From positions 21,369-85,368 of the forward strand of contig JAZDMR010000011.1 of the NCBI GenBank assembly GCA_043800725.1: a stretch of 64,000 bases of DNA, read 5' to 3'. Source of the DNA: a bacterium (GTDB lineage: Bacteria; Patescibacteriota; Patescibacteriia; HK-STAS-PATE-3). Below, piece after piece: positions 40,333 to 49,504 of this stretch. The translations under genes and the position numbers were made by a program. Under the pieces are notes generated by a model. It was not told the DNA's origin. It saw only the letters and a list, made by a program, of their open reading frames with translations, and ran no database searches. The first letter of the stretch is position 1. Every line of letters starts with the position of its first letter.

Positions 40333-40842
40333 ATGAAGTGTCCGGTTTGCCATTATAAAGACAGTAAGGTAATTGATTCGCGCTTAGCAACAGATGGATT
40401 TGCCATAAGAAGGCGCAGAGAGTGCCATAAATGCACTTTTCGCTTCTCTACCTACGAAGAGGTAGAATTACTCAACCTGACTGTGCTAAAAAGAGATGGT
40501 CGCAGGGAGTCCTATATCAGATCTAAGCTGGAAAGCGGCCTAAAAAAGGCATTTGAGAAGCGCCCAATCACAACCGAGGAGCTAACCAGGCTAATTAACA
40601 GAATAGAGAGGGATATTCAGAAAAAGGGCGGCAAAAAAAGCAGTCAGGAAGTAAAAACTAGCGAAATTGGTGAGATCATTATGCGTCATTTAAAGCGGGT
40701 TGATCCTGTTGCTTACATTCGTTTTGCGTCTGTTTATCGGTCATTCAAGGATGCTGAAACTTTCCAAAAAGAGCTGAAAGTACTGGTTAAAACCCCGAAA
40801 ACTAATAAAGACCGGCACCAAAAAATCCGGAAGAAGAAATAA
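40333..40842 (+). CDS. nrdR: transcriptional repressor NrdR
   Basis: 'MKCPVCHYKDSKVIDSR...CHKCTFRF' zinc ribbon plus ATP-cone. Confidence 0.9.
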   Translation: MKCPVCHYKDSKVIDSRLATDGFAIRRRRECHKCTFRFSTYEEVELLNLTVLKRDGRRESYIRSKLESGLKKAFEKRPITTEELTRLINRIERDIQKKGGKKSSQEVKTSEIGEIIMRHLKRVDPVAYIRFASVYRSFKDAETFQKELKVLVKTPKTNKDRHQKIRKKK

Positions 40843-40874
40843 TAATTAAAACAATCATCGAAAGGACTATAAAC

Positions 40875-43814
40875 ATGCGGTCGTCCGAGCCAGAAATTCA
40901 GCCAAAATCTCTCCCCTCAAAATCAAACCAGAGCACCAATGACGCTTTGTTGGAAAAGTTATTGGAGCAATCGCCCAAACGTAATGGAGAGAATAAAGGC
41001 TTATCCTGGCAAAGGTTTTTTTCGCGCGGCAATGTCCATCCTTTTGACGAGATTCAGTGGGAAAAAAGAACCGCAGTAATCACTGATGCCAATGGCAAGG
41101 TGGTTTTTGAGCAGAAAGACATCGAAGTGCCTAATTTTTGGTCGCAGAACGCTACCAATATTGTGGCGTCCAAGTATTTTTATGGCGATTCGGAAAAAGG
41201 CCAAAGAGAGCAATCGGTCCGCTCCCTGATTGACCGAGTTACCCAGACGATAACCGACTGGGGCAAAGAAGATAATTATTTTATAAGCGAGTCAGATGCC
41301 AAGATATTTTATGACGAACTGACTTGGCTGATTACCCATCAATATTTGACATTCAATAGTCCGGTCTGGTTTAACTGCGGCGTACACCGTTATGATCGCG
41401 GTTCTGGCGCCGGACGCTGGTATTGGAATAAAAACAAAGGCATTGTAGAGCTGGCTGAAGATGATTACATTCATCCTCAATGTTCAGCCTGCTTTATTTT
41501 ATCGGTTGAAGATTCAATGGATTCGATTCTGAATCTGTCTAAGACCGAAGGCATGATTTTTAAATTCGGATCAGGCGCAGGTTCCAATTTATCGCCGATT
41601 CGCTCCTCTCGGGAAAGGCTATCTGGCGGCGGAACTGCTTCCGGTCCGGTTTCTTTTATGAAAGGCTATGATGCGTTTGCCGGAGTAATTAAATCAGGCG
41701 GTAAAACGCGCCGGGCTGCCAAGATGACCATACTTAATATTGAACATCCGGATATAACTGATTTTATATTATCAAAATCAAAAGAAGAGGAAAAAGCCTG
41801 GGCATTGATTGATGCGGGTTATGACGGAGCGATTGATGGAGAGGCTTATGGTTCAATATTCTACCAAAATGCTAACCACAGTGTCCGAGTTACCGATGAA
41901 TTCATGAAGGCAGTTGAAAACGATGCTCACTGGCAGACTCGATCTGTTCAGGGTGGTGAAGTGGTTGATACTTATAAGGCCCCAGAACTGCTGCGTATGA
42001 TGGCAGAAGCCACTCACAAGTGCGGAGATCCAGGACTTCAATTTGATAGCATTATTAATGACTGGCATACTTGCATTAATACCGACCGCATTCATGCTTC
42101 CAATCCGTGTTCAGAGTATATGTTTCTAAATAATACTGCCTGCAATTTAGCTTCCATTAATTTGCTCAAGTACCGGACCAAGGATGGCGAATTTGATTAT
42201 GAGAAGTTCCGACAGTCAACCAAGGTGCTGATTACAGCTATGGAAATAATAGTTGATAATGCCAGCTATCCTACCAAGGAAATTGCTCAGAGCAGCCACA
42301 TCTTTCGTGCTCTGGGTATTGGTTATGCTAATTTGGGAGCATTACTCATGTCTTTGGGTTTGCCTTATGACAGCAATGAAGGTCGTGCTTACGCCGCAGT
42401 AATTACGGCTTTATTGACTGGCCAAGCCTATTCTCAGTCAGCCCTGATTTCTGAGCAGACCGGTCCATTTCCAGGCTATGCGGAAAATAAAGAACCAACC
42501 CTAAGAGTTATACAGAAGCATCGGGATGCGGTTAAAGGGATCAATCAGAAGCTGATTCCTAGCGGAATGTGGGAATCGGCTAGAGATGTTTGGGATGAAG
42601 CAGTTGAGTTAAGCGCCAAACATGGCTTACGCAATGCTCAAACATCATTATTAGCCCCTACTGGCACGATTGCTTTCATGATGGATTGTGATACGACCGG
42701 CGTTGAGCCAGACATTGCCTTGGTTAAGTATAAGAAGTTGGTCGGCGGCGGCTACATGAAAATGGTTAATATGACCGTGCCTTTGGCTCTTAATCGGTTA
42801 GGCTACACTGATACTCAGATCGAGGAAATCAAGACTTTTATTGATTCCAACGACACCATTGAGGGAGCGCCTCATTTGAAGGATGAGGATTTAGCGGTTT
42901 TTGATTGCGCTTTCACGGCAAAAAACGGCAAACGCACCATTCATCATATGGGACACATCAAAATGATGGGCGCAGTCCAGCCATTTTTATCCGGAGCAAT
43001 TTCCAAGACCGTAAACATGCCTACTGAATCGACAGTCGAGGATATTATGGATGCCTATATTCAGGGCTGGAAGTTGGGCTTGAAAGCTTTGGCTATATAC
43101 CGCGATGGGTCGAAGAGAACCCAGCCCCTAAATACCGCCGTATCTGACGATAGTAAAAAAATAAGTGATAAAAAAGGAACTGCTGAACCGAAACCCTACC
43201 GGCATCGCCTGCCTGATGAGCGTCAATCAATCACTCATAAATTTGAAATAGCCGGACACGAGGGCTATATCACTGTCGGCTTGTATCCCGAAGGACAGCC
43301 CGGTGAATTGTTTATCACTATGAGCAAAGAAGGCAGCACCTTATCGGGCATTATGGATTCATTTGCCACCTCTATCTCCCTGAATCTGCAATACGGAGTG
43401 CCCTTGAAAATATTAGTAAAGAAGTTCACGCATCAAAGATATGAACCAGCCGGCTTTACCCGAAACCCAGACATACCAATAGTCAAATCGATTACGGATT
43501 ATATTTTTCGATGGCTGGCAATAAAATTCCTAGACCCCAATGAGGCGGCTGAAGTGCACAATAGAACTTTGGTTGATCAAAGCAATGGCTTATCGTTGTC
43601 AGCTAATCAGGATGCCAAAACAGCTGAAGCAACTACCAAGACGGCCAGACCGCTAACCGAAGAAGGCACTGATATTCAGGGTATTCAGCTGGAACTAGCC
43701 ACTATCCAGAATCAGACAGACGCTCCGCCTTGCGATTTTTGCGGGGCTATCATGGTTCGTGGCGGTTCATGCTACAAGTGTTTGGAGTGCGGCAATACCA
43801 GCGGCTGTTCTTAA
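40875..43814 (+). CDS. nrdJ: adenosylcobalamin-dependent (class II) ribonucleotide reductase
   Basis: 979 aa; active-site 'ASNPCSEY', 'LLAPTGTI'; C-terminal CxxC..CxxC tail. Confidence 0.85.
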   Translation: MRSSEPEIQPKSLPSKSNQSTNDALLEKLLEQSPKRNGENKGLSWQRFFSRGNVHPFDEIQWEKRTAVITDANGKVVFEQKDIEVPNFWSQNATNIVASKYFYGDSEKGQREQSVRSLIDRVTQTITDWGKEDNYFISESDAKIFYDELTWLITHQYLTFNSPVWFNCGVHRYDRGSGAGRWYWNKNKGIVELAEDDYIHPQCSACFILSVEDSMDSILNLSKTEGMIFKFGSGAGSNLSPIRSSRERLSGGGTASGPVSFMKGYDAFAGVIKSGGKTRRAAKMTILNIEHPDITDFILSKSKEEEKAWALIDAGYDGAIDGEAYGSIFYQNANHSVRVTDEFMKAVENDAHWQTRSVQGGEVVDTYKAPELLRMMAEATHKCGDPGLQFDSIINDWHTCINTDRIHASNPCSEYMFLNNTACNLASINLLKYRTKDGEFDYEKFRQSTKVLITAMEIIVDNASYPTKEIAQSSHIFRALGIGYANLGALLMSLGLPYDSNEGRAYAAVITALLTGQAYSQSALISEQTGPFPGYAENKEPTLRVIQKHRDAVKGINQKLIPSGMWESARDVWDEAVELSAKHGLRNAQTSLLAPTGTIAFMMDCDTTGVEPDIALVKYKKLVGGGYMKMVNMTVPLALNRLGYTDTQIEEIKTFIDSNDTIEGAPHLKDEDLAVFDCAFTAKNGKRTIHHMGHIKMMGAVQPFLSGAISKTVNMPTESTVEDIMDAYIQGWKLGLKALAIYRDGSKRTQPLNTAVSDDSKKISDKKGTAEPKPYRHRLPDERQSITHKFEIAGHEGYITVGLYPEGQPGELFITMSKEGSTLSGIMDSFATSISLNLQYGVPLKILVKKFTHQRYEPAGFTRNPDIPIVKSITDYIFRWLAIKFLDPNEAAEVHNRTLVDQSNGLSLSANQDAKTAEATTKTARPLTEEGTDIQGIQLELATIQNQTDAPPCDFCGAIMVRGGSCYKCLECGNTSGCS

Positions 43815-43850
43815 ACCACTCCCAGCCTCTCATTTCATAAGGAGGGGAGC

Positions 43851-44423
43851 TTGGTTGTTTCGCAACGCTATTTAATCTCAACGATTTTGAAAAAAAGTCT
43901 AAAAGGATTAACAATTGTATATGTTGGCCAAGGCAAAGGTAAGACCACGGCCGCGGTTGGTTTGGCTGTTCGAGCCCGAGGCTGGGGCCAGCGAGTTCTG
44001 TTTTTACAGTTTATCAAAGAAGCCAAGTGGCCCTCGGGCGAACGAGCTATGCTCAAGAAGCTGGGCGTTCATGTTTGGGTAATGGGCCAAGGCTTTGTCA
44101 GGATTTTAAACGACCAGAAGCCTTTTACTGTTCATAAACAAGCTGCTCGTCAGGCGCTTAAGAAAGCCCAAGAAGCCATTCGTGGAAAATATTATGATGT
44201 TGTGATTTTGGATGAAGCAATATCTGCAATTGAAGAAAGGCTGATTACACAAACTGATATCGTCCGATTAATAACCAAAAAGCGGCCCAAGATCACCCTG
44301 GTATTAACCGGCCATACTGTCTATCCCATGATTATGAAAAAAGCCGACCTGATCACGAACATGAAAAAGATTAAACATCCGTTTGATAATGGTATAATGG
44401 CTAAGAAAGGGATTGATTTTTAA
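43851..44423 (+). CDS. cob(I)alamin/corrinoid adenosyltransferase (CobA/CobO/BtuR family)
   Basis: P-loop 'GQGKGKTTAAVGLAVRA', 'VVILDE' Walker B; adjacent to the B12-dependent RNR. Confidence 0.8.
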   Translation: MVVSQRYLISTILKKSLKGLTIVYVGQGKGKTTAAVGLAVRARGWGQRVLFLQFIKEAKWPSGERAMLKKLGVHVWVMGQGFVRILNDQKPFTVHKQAARQALKKAQEAIRGKYYDVVILDEAISAIEERLITQTDIVRLITKKRPKITLVLTGHTVYPMIMKKADLITNMKKIKHPFDNGIMAKKGIDF

Positions 44424-44434
44424 AGGTCATTTTT

Positions 44435-44845
44435 ATGCCCCAAGAGCAATTTATTTCAATTCGCGCAATTATCACATACGGCAACAAGATCCTGCTGGTC
44501 CGAGAATCCAAGGATTATACCGATGGAACCAATCCTGGAAAATGGGATGTACCGGGCGGCCGGGTGTCTTTGGGTGAAAAGCCCTATGATGCACTGCAGC
44601 GGGAGGTTAAAGAAGAAGTAGGATTGGATATTGAAGTAGGGCGGCCCGTTTGGGTGGATGATTTTCGGCCTACTATTGAGGGTTTTACCAGACACATTGT
44701 GGTGGTTTATGTGGCGTGCAGCAGCAAATCAGACAAGGTAGTTTTAAGCGAGGTGCATGATGGATTCAAATGGCTGACCAAGGCCGAAGCTGTAAAACTA
44801 CCTTTGATGGACTCAGTAGCTCGGGCTTTGGCAGCCTTGGATTAA
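44435..44845 (+). CDS. NUDIX hydrolase
   Basis: Nudix box 'GGRVSLGEKPYDALQREVKEEVGL'. Confidence 0.8.
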   Translation: MPQEQFISIRAIITYGNKILLVRESKDYTDGTNPGKWDVPGGRVSLGEKPYDALQREVKEEVGLDIEVGRPVWVDDFRPTIEGFTRHIVVVYVACSSKSDKVVLSEVHDGFKWLTKAEAVKLPLMDSVARALAALD

Positions 44846-44900
44846 AAAAGTAAAGGGCATTAAAAAGGGAATTGATTATTAATTTAAAAAGGATTTTCAT

Positions 44901-45317
44901 ATGCCAGGCGAAATATCTACCCCACCTGAGGCAAGACTCTCACAAGAAACAAATAACGAAAAAGGACCTGAACAATATGCCAACTTTTGGGCGTCATTAA
45001 CTATCCAAGAGCAGCAATTAGCTGAAGCGCTGTTAAACAGACAAGTCCCAAATAGTGATACTGCGTATATGGAAAAGGATCTGGACCCGGAAAAAGTAAA
45101 ACATTTGACCTTAGTTGATCTTGGGAGCGAATTTAATGCCGTTGCCACGACAATTACTCGCGGCATTGGAACAAGCGTACGGGTAGAAGGCAGTGATGAG
45201 CCAGTCTTGGTTGATAAAGAAAATTGGCGTGAATACGGCCCTAGGGGCAAGTGGGCGTCAGACTGGATGCCACATCTTGAATCATTGAAGCAAAAAATAG
45301 AAGCTTTTTTAGTGTGA
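44901..45317 (+). CDS. hypothetical protein
   Basis: balanced composition; preferred over the overlapping S/P/C-rich antisense ORF. Confidence 0.4.
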   Translation: MPGEISTPPEARLSQETNNEKGPEQYANFWASLTIQEQQLAEALLNRQVPNSDTAYMEKDLDPEKVKHLTLVDLGSEFNAVATTITRGIGTSVRVEGSDEPVLVDKENWREYGPRGKWASDWMPHLESLKQKIEAFLV

Positions 45318-45374
45318 ATACTTGGATTTGACGAATACAGCTGACTTGAGTTAAGATGCAAACCTGACAATTTA

Positions 45375-45500
45375 TTAAATGGGAAAGGAGTGCAATTCTC
45401 CTGCGGTCCCGCCGCCGTACAGCCGGCCCCCAGTCCCGACGTAAAGTCGGGACAAAGATAAATCCTTCGTGGAGAGGTTGGCCGTATGATTAAGGGCCGA
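45375..45500 (+). ncRNA. cobalamin (B12) riboswitch candidate
   Basis: 'GGGAAAGGAGTGCAATTCTCCTGCGGTCCCGCCGCCGTA' matches the cobalamin-riboswitch core (GGGAA..GGTG.AA..CC..GCGGTCCCGCC[ACTG]); downstream hairpins CAGTCCCGAC/GTCGGGAC; precedes the DUF4430 and ECF-S genes. Confidence 0.6.
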
Positions 45501-45541
45501 TTTCCTCCATGTTGATTGGGGGGATGTTTATTATTTAAGTA

Positions 45542-46027
45542 ATGACTAATCATATGTCTGACAAAAAATTCACCCGACTTCATGGCTGGCTAGCCGCCGT
45601 AATGGTGGTTGCCGCAATTATTACCGGCAGCTTTGTTCGCATGTCGAACTCGGTCGGCGATAATATTAATAACGACCTGCTAATAAAAAGACCGGCGGTA
45701 TTAGGCGCCGCGGCGATTGAGGGGCCGGCTGCCCACCTGGTAGTTGCTTTAGAAGAAAGGCCATTTATTGATAATGATTATGCTTTGGAAGATGATGATA
45801 CCATCTATAGCTTTTTGGATCGCGTGATACAGGAAAGAGAGGGCTTAACTTTTCAGACTAAACAGTATGATTTTGGTAAGCTTATTACCAATGTGGCTGA
45901 TTTTGAAAACGGCAATGAAGGCTACTACTGGCTTTACTCTGTCAATGGAGAAGACGCCAATGTCAGCATTGATAATTATATTTTGGAGGGTGGCGAGTTG
46001 ATTGAGCTGCGCTATGCGCCAAGCTGA
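45542..46027 (+). CDS. DUF4430-family extracytoplasmic protein (B12-uptake associated)
   Basis: TM anchor; C-terminal 'YWLYSVNGEDANVSIDNYILEGGELIELRY' matches the DUF4430 'W.Y.VNG.....Y.LKDGD.V.W.Y' signature. Confidence 0.65.
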   Translation: MTNHMSDKKFTRLHGWLAAVMVVAAIITGSFVRMSNSVGDNINNDLLIKRPAVLGAAAIEGPAAHLVVALEERPFIDNDYALEDDDTIYSFLDRVIQEREGLTFQTKQYDFGKLITNVADFENGNEGYYWLYSVNGEDANVSIDNYILEGGELIELRYAPS

Positions 46028-46605
46028 TGCTTAAAAAGAATAAAACAATTATTGCTGTTGTTTTTGTAGTGTTTGGCGTTTTATTGCGGCTAGTTCCACA
46101 TCCGGCTAACATGACCCCGATAGCTGCGGTTGCTTTATTTGCCGGTGTCTACCTTAGCCGGCGTTGGTCAATGATTATCCCCATGGCCATTATGATGATA
46201 AGCGACCTGCTAATGAGCTTTGCTTTTTTTCGTAACCTGATTCCCTGGGGCGCGAATGGTGCAGGCTGGCATAATTTGGCTCCGATAGTTTGGCTGTGCT
46301 TTGCCTTGGTTGGCTTGATCGGCTGGTGGGTGGCCAAGCATAAGTCAGCCAAGAATATTCTTCTGGGAAGCTTAGCAGGCTCAGTGGTATTTTACCTGGT
46401 TACTAATTGGGCGGTCTGGGCCTTTGGGACAATGTATCCGGCCAATTTTGCCGGCTTGCTGGAATCCTATACCATGGCTCTGCCCTTTTTCCGCAACAGC
46501 CTGGTGGGCAATATTGCTTATACTACAGTGCTTTTTGGTCTCTATGAATCCGTCCCAGTATTTGGTAAAATGAGGAAGCGTAAAGAAATCACCGTTAGCA
46601 ATTAG
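46027..46605 (+). CDS. putative ECF-transporter S component (CbrT-like, cobalamin)
   Basis: 192 aa, about 5 TM helices, translationally coupled (ATGA overlap) to the DUF4430 gene, downstream of the riboswitch. Confidence 0.45.
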   Translation: MLKKNKTIIAVVFVVFGVLLRLVPHPANMTPIAAVALFAGVYLSRRWSMIIPMAIMMISDLLMSFAFFRNLIPWGANGAGWHNLAPIVWLCFALVGLIGWWVAKHKSAKNILLGSLAGSVVFYLVTNWAVWAFGTMYPANFAGLLESYTMALPFFRNSLVGNIAYTTVLFGLYESVPVFGKMRKRKEITVSN

Positions 46606-46607
46606 TA

Positions 46608-47489
46608 ATGCCTGAATACCAGCGATACTATCGCTATCAAGACAAAGGCTCGGTTACCAATTCCAAACTCGTCCGTTGGCTGGTTTATATAATTGTTTTA
46701 TTTGTGATAATTTTATTGATCCGCGCTTGTTTGGGCGGTGGCGGAAAGCAGACAGAGGGCGAGCTAACCAATGAATCAACAGAGGCTGAACAGGTAACGG
46801 ATGAAAATAGTAATACTAACAGCAGCGATCAGGAAACAGATACTAAAGCCAGTATTGCCACAGTAGAATCGTTTGATGTGGCCAGTCAGTGCGACGGTAT
46901 TATTTCGCTTTATGGCAGCGAGCCAAAAATTGCTTTGACTTTTGGCGGACGCGGCTCCGGCGCCAATGTTGATGAAATACTTAAAATTTTAAGCGATTCA
47001 GGCGTGCCAGGCAGCTTTTTCTTTACCGGGGTATTTGCCAGAAATAATCCTGAGGTGGTGACCAAGATCAATCAAGCCGGTTTTCGGGTTTATAACCAAA
47101 GCGATTCTCATCCTGACTTTGAAGATTTGACAGAAGATGAGATGTTGCAGGAGCTTGAGCTGGCCGATGAAGAAATCAGTAAATTAACGGGCTTGACCAC
47201 CAAACCTTTCTTCCGCCCACCCTACGGCTCGGTAACTGAAGCGATCGCTGATGTGGTTATTTCAGCCGGGTATTGTTCAGTCACCTGGACAGTCGACGCG
47301 TTAGATTGGAGTTCGGGCGTGGCCAGTAGCGAAGTATATGACCGGGTCATGGAACGCGCCCAGGACGGAGCGATTGTTTTGATGCATATCGGCAGTGATC
47401 CATTGCCCAGCGCATTGCCCGACATTATCACTGACTTAAGAACAGAGGGGTACGAACTAGTCAGCCTGGCTGATTTAGTCGGTTCATAA
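46608..47489 (+). CDS. polysaccharide deacetylase (NodB-homology) family protein
   Basis: 'TFGGRGSGAN', 'IVLMHIGS', NodB motifs; N-terminal TM. Confidence 0.75.
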   Translation: MPEYQRYYRYQDKGSVTNSKLVRWLVYIIVLFVIILLIRACLGGGGKQTEGELTNESTEAEQVTDENSNTNSSDQETDTKASIATVESFDVASQCDGIISLYGSEPKIALTFGGRGSGANVDEILKILSDSGVPGSFFFTGVFARNNPEVVTKINQAGFRVYNQSDSHPDFEDLTEDEMLQELELADEEISKLTGLTTKPFFRPPYGSVTEAIADVVISAGYCSVTWTVDALDWSSGVASSEVYDRVMERAQDGAIVLMHIGSDPLPSALPDIITDLRTEGYELVSLADLVGS

Positions 47490-47515
47490 AGAGTTATTGT
47501 GCGCCCAACCACAAA

Positions 47516-47537
47516 GGCGAAGATGACCATCTTCGCC
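47516..47537. terminator. bidirectional hairpin GGCGAAGAT-gacc-ATCTTCGCC between convergent genes
   Basis: perfect 9-bp stem between the stops of 46608-47489(+) and 47634-47888(-). Confidence 0.5.
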
Positions 47538-47633
47538 TGCGTTAAGTTATACTTGCCCAAAACATCCCTCGCAGGAGAAAAAAGGGACGCCTAGCAAGAG
47601 TGTCCCTTGAGTTTATCGATCTATGAAGGATCG

Positions 47634-47888
47634 TTATGGTTGAGCTATTTCTTTTTTCGATTTTACCACCGTGCCCTGAGGAAAATTGTTTAGGCACGAT
47701 GCTCGGATAAACCAATTTGAGCTGTCAGTAGGCCTGAAAGGGCTCGAGGATACAGTTACATCAGTTCTCTTACCAACTCGAATTATATCTCCAAGACAAA
47801 CTTGTACATTCGAGTCGAGTTTAACTGTGACTTCGCGACCGTTTGAACTTGTCACTGTCCCGATCCGACTATACACATATTCTGCCAT
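47634..47888 (-). CDS. hypothetical protein
   Basis: 84-aa ORF; no motif. Confidence 0.3.
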   Translation of the reverse strand: MAEYVYSRIGTVTSSNGREVTVKLDSNVQVCLGDIIRVGKRTDVTVSSSPFRPTDSSNWFIRASCLNNFPQGTVVKSKKEIAQP

Positions 47889-48083
47889 ACAGCCTCCTTG
47901 GGTTAAAAAAGTGCAAACTATTATTACTTCTAGGCTAGATTTAACTCAGATGAATAATCTTGTCAATAATATTGGCAGAAAATGTAAGAAAAGCGCTGGC
48001 CGGGTTGTAGTATTATTATGGCTATCAGGCGATTATCAGTTGTCTTGACATTAAGTGTTTTTTAAAATATCCTTTTTAAATGT

Positions 48084-49328
48084 ATGGAGGAAAATAAATC
48101 AATGCCTAATCCAGAAAAAACCACTATCCATCCCGGTTCGATTTCGACAGGGTTCATTTCAGTGGTTATTATTATTAGTCTTTTAATTGGTGCGATATCC
48201 GGGGCGGTGTTTGGCGTTTTTGCAGCCAATGGCGATCTAGACAGCTATTTACCCGGCTCATTGGTAAAATCCAGCAATTCATCAAAAGCGGTAAGCGAAC
48301 AAACAGTTCAATTGGCAGAAGAGTCGGCTACGGTAGACGTGGTTGATTTGGTAGGCCCTTCGGTAGTCAGCATAATAGGCACCCAGGATTTAAGTAAGAT
48401 TTCCCAGCAAAATGATTTCTTTGGCGATTTTTTCGGATTTTCAGTTCCTCAGGGGGGCGAACGGCAGGTTAGCGGAGGAAGCGGTTTTATTGTTTCCAGC
48501 GATGGCTTGATTCTGACCAACAAGCACGTGGTTGATCAGGATAATATTGATTATTCAGTAGTGCTTAATGACGGGACCAGCGTTGAAGCCCAAGTGCTGG
48601 CCAAGGATCCCAGTCTGGATTTGGCTCTCATTAAAGTAGATAAAACCGGCTTGCCAGTTGTTAAGTTAGGCGATTCAGACAATATTCAAGTGGGACAGAC
48701 TGTTATCGCCATTGGCAACGCCTTGGGCCGTTATCAAAACACAGTTACCAAAGGAGTCGTTTCAGGATTATCACGGACGATTGAAGCAGGCGATGGTATG
48801 GGCCAAAGCGAACTAATCGAAAATACCATTCAAACAGACGCGGCTATTAATTCAGGAAATTCAGGCGGACCTTTACTTAATATTTCAGGTGAAGTAATCG
48901 GAGTTAACACAGCCGTATCCACCCAGGGCCAATTAATCGGCTTTGCCCTGCCGATCAACGCGGCTAAGAATGATATTGAGAGCGTTCAGGAAACTGGCAA
49001 AATTATACGGCCGTTTATGGGAATTCGTTATACCATAATTACGGATGAAGTGCAGGAAGCTAATGATTTGTCGGTAGATCATGGCGCCATTTTAGTCCGC
49101 GGAGATTCAGTTAGTGAGCTAGCCGTAATCCCTGGTAGTCCGGCTGATAAAGCTGGTCTGGAAGAAAACGATATTTTATTAGAAATTGATGGAGTGCAAA
49201 TTTCCGAGGACAACAGTATTACTAGTATTTTATCTGAGTATCGGCCAAACGACGTGGTTAGCCTGAAGGTTTTACATGACGGTGAGGAAAAAACAGTAGA
49301 GCTGACTTTGGGGGAACGGGAAGGGTAG
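48084..49328 (+). CDS. HtrA/DegP-family serine protease with a PDZ domain
   Basis: 'GNSGGPLLNISGEVIGVNTAV' (catalytic Ser), His/Asp motifs, C-terminal PDZ. Confidence 0.85.
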   Translation: MEENKSMPNPEKTTIHPGSISTGFISVVIIISLLIGAISGAVFGVFAANGDLDSYLPGSLVKSSNSSKAVSEQTVQLAEESATVDVVDLVGPSVVSIIGTQDLSKISQQNDFFGDFFGFSVPQGGERQVSGGSGFIVSSDGLILTNKHVVDQDNIDYSVVLNDGTSVEAQVLAKDPSLDLALIKVDKTGLPVVKLGDSDNIQVGQTVIAIGNALGRYQNTVTKGVVSGLSRTIEAGDGMGQSELIENTIQTDAAINSGNSGGPLLNISGEVIGVNTAVSTQGQLIGFALPINAAKNDIESVQETGKIIRPFMGIRYTIITDEVQEANDLSVDHGAILVRGDSVSELAVIPGSPADKAGLEENDILLEIDGVQISEDNSITSILSEYRPNDVVSLKVLHDGEEKTVELTLGEREG

Positions 49329-49338
49329 TTTATTGGCC

Positions 49339-49456
49339 CGCACCGTTGCAGTCACTGCGAGCTTCGCGAAGCAGTCTCGTTACTATTCGGTAACTGGATT
49401 GCTACACCCCGATGTAAGTCGGGGCTCGCAATGACTGCATGTAGATTACGGTGCGA
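49339..49456 (+). repeat. structured repeat element, family member A (long imperfect stem CGCACCGTTGCAGTCACTGCGAGC / GCTCGCAATGACTGCA..ACGGTGCG)
   Basis: shares 'GCACCG..GAGC-TT-CGCGAAG-C-AGTCTC' with the elements at 50578 and 55118. Confidence 0.55.
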
Positions 49457-49504
49457 AGTTATTTAAATTGCCTTGGATAATTAATTGTGTTACTGTCGTT
49501 GTGT

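Noticed and set aside
40875-43814. intein within nrdJ
   Set aside because: The 979-aa length is within the class II RNR range, and no Hint/Cys-Ser-Asn splice-junction blocks were spotted by eye. It cannot be excluded without HMMs.
44897-45583. 228-aa minus-strand ORF
   Set aside because: It is S/P/C-rich and low-complexity, antisense to a better-composed plus-strand ORF, and it runs across the cobalamin-riboswitch candidate.
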